Of a stretch of DNA of 56,877 nt, positions 53,085-56,877 are shown one piece after another (the stretch's first letter is position 1; each line of letters begins with the position of its first letter). The notes under the pieces were generated by a model. It made no database searches, was not told the DNA's origin, and worked only from the letters and a program-made list of their open reading frames with translations. The stretch comes from Prevotellaceae bacterium (GTDB lineage Bacteria > Bacteroidota > Bacteroidia > Bacteroidales > UBA932). The DNA is taken from contig JAITQN010000037.1 of assembly GCA_031288865.1 (NCBI GenBank), positions 1 through 56,877 of the forward strand. The letters are read 5' to 3'. The translations under genes and the position numbers were made by a program.

Positions 53085-53139
53085 AGTCAAGCACATTTCA
53101 GCACAAAAACTGATTTTAGAAACGATAAATACTAAAACG

Positions 53140-54306
53140 ATGAAAAAGATTGAATTATTTTATTTCATAGCAGGCTTGATTGCACTTGCTTCTTGTTCAA
53201 GAGAAAAAGTGAACACGTTGGTAGAAATCCACATAGACCCTTCCCAGGTGGAATCGGCTTATGATATAGCCGGTGATATTGAATCCGAATGGGATATTAT
53301 CGCATTAGAAACAACCGACAATTATTTGATAAGCGCTATCAACAAGCTATATTATCAAAATGGAATTTATTACTTATTAGACAAGAACGGGCATACCGTT
53401 TTTTTATACGATTCGTCGGGGAAAGCTATTTCAAAGCTTTACAAAAAAGGCGAAGGTCCGGATGAATATTCTATGATTGAAGCGCTTGCCATCGTAGATA
53501 AAAACATCTGGGTTTCTGATTCTAACCTGCGATCTTTAATCTGTTACGACGAAAACCTGAAAATGACAGATCGCTACAAAACGTTTGATATAATGAGCGT
53601 TTACGATATGGTAACTATTGACGGAAATATTTGTGTTGCAGCCAACTGGTCAGGATGGAATGACCAAAATATTGAATGTGGAATCTACAACACGGCTAAC
53701 CGGGAAATAACCGGATTTTTACATGTACCCAAACAAAAAGAGGAAATCGCCACTTTCAAAAAAACAAATCAGTTAGCCGGGAGTGAAAATTCATGCCTCT
53801 TTATCCATTCGTATTGCGACACGATTTTCCAGCTAAGTAATAATGAATTTTCTCCTGCTTATAAGGCAGTCTTCAAAGAAAGGTACGAAGACATTCCGCT
53901 ACCAATAGAGAAAATAATGGAACCTTCCCTTGCTCACATAATCAGAGGGATGGAAAATATTAAACAAACCTCCCAAAATATCTTTATTAGTTATCTTGAT
54001 ACAAGGAAATTCATGACCGCTATGTATAATAAAAGCAAAGGAGTCTGCCGGGTTTACCACTATTTGATAAATTCCAACATCGGCGCCTTGCCAATATTCC
54101 TGTATAATGCATTTTTTGACGAAAATAACATAATATCCGTACACGAAGCGAGTGAGGTTTTGGATTTTTTTGGTAATGAGTCTAATCTGGCAAAAATAAA
54201 AAATGAATCGGATAGAAAAAAAATAGAAACCATCATGTCTTCCATTGACCCTTATTCCAATCCGGTACTAATCCGGTATAAGTTAAAACCAAATTCGTCT
54301 TTATGA
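53140..54306 (+). CDS. Six-bladed-beta-propeller-type lipoprotein, paralog 5
   Basis: Lipobox LIALASCSRE. Blocks IALETTDNYLISAINKLYYQNGIYYLLD, YDSSGKAI and KKGEGPDEY. Preceded by the last ~30 nt of leader type 1 (aaaactgattttagaaacgataaatact). Confidence 0.8.
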   Translation: MKKIELFYFIAGLIALASCSREKVNTLVEIHIDPSQVESAYDIAGDIESEWDIIALETTDNYLISAINKLYYQNGIYYLLDKNGHTVFLYDSSGKAISKLYKKGEGPDEYSMIEALAIVDKNIWVSDSNLRSLICYDENLKMTDRYKTFDIMSVYDMVTIDGNICVAANWSGWNDQNIECGIYNTANREITGFLHVPKQKEEIATFKKTNQLAGSENSCLFIHSYCDTIFQLSNNEFSPAYKAVFKERYEDIPLPIEKIMEPSLAHIIRGMENIKQTSQNIFISYLDTRKFMTAMYNKSKGVCRVYHYLINSNIGALPIFLYNAFFDENNIISVHEASEVLDFFGNESNLAKIKNESDRKKIETIMSSIDPYSNPVLIRYKLKPNSSL

Positions 54307-54911
54307 AGTATTATTTATATTTATTACTTGCTCTATTATTGATTACATTAATAATTTTTGTGAATCTGTTATATTATAAAGAAAGAATGAAATCAAAACA
54401 GTATTTAGTTTTGTACGAGCAACTTGCAAACGAAAAAGTAGATTTGTCAGTAAAGAATACTTACAGAAGCATTGAAGTTTATTTGAATGGGAAAAACTTT
54501 CAGAGAGAAGTTGAAATATCGGATGGTAGAGGTAATCGTTTAGAATTAAGCCAGCTAATTGATAAGGACAAACTCGTTTTGTGTTTTTCCGAAAATAGTT
54601 GTGATGAATGTGTGGAGGCGGAATTAGATAAATTAAATAAAAAAAATCAATTGGCCGGTTCAGAAAATGTCATTATACTGATAAACGCCTCCGATAAGAG
54701 GTATGTGCATCAATATCAAACGAATCATCAAAAATATCCTGTTTACGAAATGAAAACGAACCAAGCACAATTATCTTCAATCATTGCACCATTCTTTTTC
54801 ATTTTAGAGAAAGAGACCATGCGGGTTAATGCAGCGTTTGTTCCTCTGAAACATCAACCGGAAGAGACTGATAAGTATCTAAATAAAGTAATTAATGATT
54901 ATTTTGAATAA
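54303..54911 (+). CDS. Membrane-anchored thioredoxin-fold protein with a CxxC motif (TlpA/redoxin-like)
   Basis: ATGA overlap with the preceding gene. N-terminal TM (YLYLLLALLLITLIIFVNLL). GNRLELSQLIDKDKLVLCFSENSCDECVEAELDKL fits the redoxin pattern (partner strand, then C-x-x-C at a helix start). Confidence 0.6.
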   Translation: MKYYLYLLLALLLITLIIFVNLLYYKERMKSKQYLVLYEQLANEKVDLSVKNTYRSIEVYLNGKNFQREVEISDGRGNRLELSQLIDKDKLVLCFSENSCDECVEAELDKLNKKNQLAGSENVIILINASDKRYVHQYQTNHQKYPVYEMKTNQAQLSSIIAPFFFILEKETMRVNAAFVPLKHQPEETDKYLNKVINDYFE

Positions 54912-54928
54912 ATATCATCCCATATTGT

Positions 54929-55825
54929 ATGGATTCAATTAAAAACCTTCGCCCAAAATGGACATGGAAATCGCTCCTGAAAACCGTTTTTTTCTGGTTT
55001 AAGATAGTGATATTAGGGCTATTATTAGCTCTGGTATTGCGGCTCTTTGTCTTTTCCTCATTTAAGGTGCCGACTTCCTCCATGGAGCCGGCTATCCTGG
55101 CGGGCGATTATATTTTGGTCAATAAACTGGCATACGGGGCAAGGCTTCCGAAGAATTTCAACTTCATGAAAGGAGGGGAATTTGAAACCTTCCGGGTCAA
55201 AGGCTTTTCAAAAATTAAACGTAACGATGTTGTTGTTTTTAATTTTCCCTATCCCGACTGGTATGGCATCGGATGGGATTTGAGCCTCTATTACGTGAAA
55301 CGTTGCGTGGCTCTTCCCGGCGATACGTTTTACATCGACAAAGGTATTTATAAAGTAAAAAACTGTTCGGATGTTTTGGGAAATTATGAAGCACAGCGCC
55401 GTTTCTCGAAAGTGAGAACAGAGGAAATTCCTCCGGAGATATTTCATTGTTTTCCGAACAATGAGGATTATCACTGGACGGTTAAGCTATTCGGCCCGTT
55501 GTATGTCCCCCGCAAAGGCGACACGCTCGCCATTGACCCAAAAAACATCGCGCTTTACCGGAATTTAATCCGTTATGAAACAAATAAGGAAATATATTTG
55601 AAAAATGATACGGTTTATTTGGACAATGAATTTTTGCAATCGTATATTTTTCAACAAAATTATTATTTCATGGCCGGCGATTGGGTGTCGGACTCCAAAG
55701 ATTCGCGCTACTGGGGCTTGCTGCCCGAAGACCATATTGTAGGCAAAGCGGCTATCATTTGGAAATCGAAAAAAATCGAAACCGACCGATACCGATGGAA
55801 ACGGTTTTTCAAAAAAATCAAATAA
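54929..55825 (+). CDS. lepB: Signal peptidase I (S26 family) paralog
   Basis: TM anchor, then SSMEPAILAGDYILVNKLAYG (Ser nucleophile box), YVKRCVALPGDTF (Lys general-base box) and GDWVSDSKDSRYWGLLPEDHIVGKA (box E). Confidence 0.85.
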   Translation: MDSIKNLRPKWTWKSLLKTVFFWFKIVILGLLLALVLRLFVFSSFKVPTSSMEPAILAGDYILVNKLAYGARLPKNFNFMKGGEFETFRVKGFSKIKRNDVVVFNFPYPDWYGIGWDLSLYYVKRCVALPGDTFYIDKGIYKVKNCSDVLGNYEAQRRFSKVRTEEIPPEIFHCFPNNEDYHWTVKLFGPLYVPRKGDTLAIDPKNIALYRNLIRYETNKEIYLKNDTVYLDNEFLQSYIFQQNYYFMAGDWVSDSKDSRYWGLLPEDHIVGKAAIIWKSKKIETDRYRWKRFFKKIK

Positions 55826-55867
55826 AATGAGGATAATATGGATAAAATAATTTTACATATTCAAAAC

Positions 55868-56149
55868 CTTTTACTATCTTTACCGCAAAACCAAACAGTA
55901 TGATTCTTAGTCATATCATATTTATGAAACTTATTTTCTGTTTTCGCGCTTTTCGCACGCCCTCTATCTGGCAGTTGGGCAAAAATAATTTCGACAGGTC
56001 AAAGCTCTTGCCGCACTCTTGCCGGCAGGAGCTATGACCGAATAAATTTACCGCCTTTCGAGACTTGATTTTATTCAAAGAGTTGTGCAAGGAATATAAT
56101 GGCACGTAAAACCCCATATTTAATTTATAACAAATAATATTAATAAATT
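55868..56149 (+). promoter_or_regulatory. Conserved non-coding leader, type 2, copy 2 (upstream of NVEALA peptide 4)
   Basis: Collinear with 43811-44038. Unrelated to leader type 1. Confidence 0.6.
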
Positions 56150-56434
56150 ATGAAAAAAATAATATTAGGCGGTGTGGCTGCTGTTGTAATCGCTGTTTTG
56201 GCGGCTGTAAACGTGAATATGAATTCACAAAGTGAAAATTTGTTGTCTGACCTTGTGCTGGCGAATGTGGAAGCGCTGGCACAGGAAGCAAATCCCCCCG
56301 CCACTAAATATGTTGCGCTTCATATGACTTGTTATAAATTTGTTTATGGTGGTGATGTGGTTGATACAGGAAAAACGTACGTATCTTGTTCATCCGGTGG
56401 ATTCGCCGATTGTCAGCCAACAAGCTGTAACTAA
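56150..56434 (+). CDS. NVEALA-motif peptide 4 (94 aa; 4 Cys), divergent leader subtype
   Basis: MKKIILGGVAAVVIAVLAAV NVNMNSQSENLLSDLVLANVEALAQEA, then a tail ...MTCYKFVYGG...YVSCSSGGFADCQPTSCN. Confidence 0.8.
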   Translation: MKKIILGGVAAVVIAVLAAVNVNMNSQSENLLSDLVLANVEALAQEANPPATKYVALHMTCYKFVYGGDVVDTGKTYVSCSSGGFADCQPTSCN

Positions 56435-56457
56435 AGTTAAGAGTTCCTTTTACTCAG

Positions 56458-56487
56458 AAAGGGAACTTGTAGTACTAAGTTCCCTTT
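56458..56487 (+). terminator. Hairpin (11-bp perfect stem) after peptide 4, with an upstream competing segment
   Basis: AAAGGGAACTT (56458-56468), loop gtagtact, AAGTTCCCTTT (56477-56487), then cggTTATTTT. The segment AGTTCCTTTT at 56442-56451 could pair alternatively with 56458-56468. Confidence 0.45.
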
Positions 56488-56518
56488 CGGTTATTTTAAT
56501 TAAAACACAAGTATTGAT

Positions 56519-56877
56519 ATGAAATATGTATTTATTTTTTTCTTATTTATAACATTGTCATGTTGTAGTAATAATAGTACGAAATCGTATGAGAATGTAC
56601 TGGAAATAGATTGCAAAAATCTTGAAGAAATTAAATTGTCTGATTATGTAAAAAATATAAAAGTGGTAAAACTTGCGACTTCCGATGATGTATTGATAGG
56701 AGAGATTGTAAAAGTAGAGATATTCAATAACAGGATATATGTTCTTGACAGGCAATCAAACGCCCTGTTTGTTTTTACGGACGAGGGGGAGATTTTTTAT
56801 AAATTAAGAAAAATAGGACAGGGACCCGGAGAGTATATTCATCTTTTCGATTTTGAAGTAACAAATGATGGCGTGTA
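56519..56877 (+). CDS. Six-bladed-beta-propeller-type lipoprotein, paralog 6 (3'-truncated by the window edge)
   Basis: Not in the ORF track because no stop is reached. ATG 56519 gives MKYVFIFFLFITLSCCSNN..., with blocks LATSDDVLIGEIVKVEIFNNRIYVLD, FTDEGEIF and KIGQGPGEY. Confidence 0.75.
   Translation, partial: MKYVFIFFLFITLSCCSNNSTKSYENVLEIDCKNLEEIKLSDYVKNIKVVKLATSDDVLIGEIVKVEIFNNRIYVLDRQSNALFVFTDEGEIFYKLRKIGQGPGEYIHLFDFEVTNDGV

Overview
Bacteroidota (Bacteroidales-like) chromosomal window made of three compositional blocks. G+C was judged by eye and by spot counts on single 60-nt lines, not computed over whole regions.

(1) 1-5.9 kb, AT-rich. It holds the 3' end of a T9SS type-B-CTD cargo gene with its PorP/SprF partner, an AbiEii/AbiEi toxin-antitoxin pair and a tyrosine integrase. 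An orphan tRNA 3' fragment that keeps its own terminator follows, which looks like the edge of an integrated element.

(2) ~5.99-37.7 kb, GC-rich (~60% versus ~30-35% in the flanks), all on the + strand. This is a polysaccharide-utilisation-type island with these genes:
- a GH3 with a PA14 insert
- three paralogous right-handed beta-helix (GH28/GH49-like) hydrolases
- two Tat-signal SGNH esterases
- an IPT/TIG-NHL lipoprotein and a SusC/SusD pair
- a glutaminase-A-like (DUF1793-type) hydrolase
- a striking set of surface lipoproteins built from 1-10 tandem SusE-like ~110-aa repeats, three of them ending in a FISUMP-like domain
- an Fn3-repeat lipoprotein

No regulator gene is visible in the island. 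Embedded in it are a GIY-YIG gene bracketed by a perfect 28-bp inverted repeat, GC-rich hairpin repeats and ATGARTT heptamer arrays.

(3) 37.7-56.9 kb, AT-rich accessory region. It contains an IS4-family transposase remnant, a second DUF1793-type gene that appears to have overwritten neighbouring genes, and a transglutaminase-like/CBM6 gene.

The most interesting part is an array of cassettes. Each pairs a small NVEALA-motif peptide (constant signal-anchor/leader, hypervariable Cys-containing C-terminus) with a six-bladed-beta-propeller-type lipoprotein. There are seven propeller paralogs and five peptides, one of them truncated. Long conserved non-coding leaders precede the peptides, and the array contains a membrane-anchored CxxC thioredoxin-fold protein and a signal peptidase I paralog. 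I interpret this as a candidate secreted, processed Cys-peptide system of unknown function.

All family assignments come from motif recognition only; no database search was possible.
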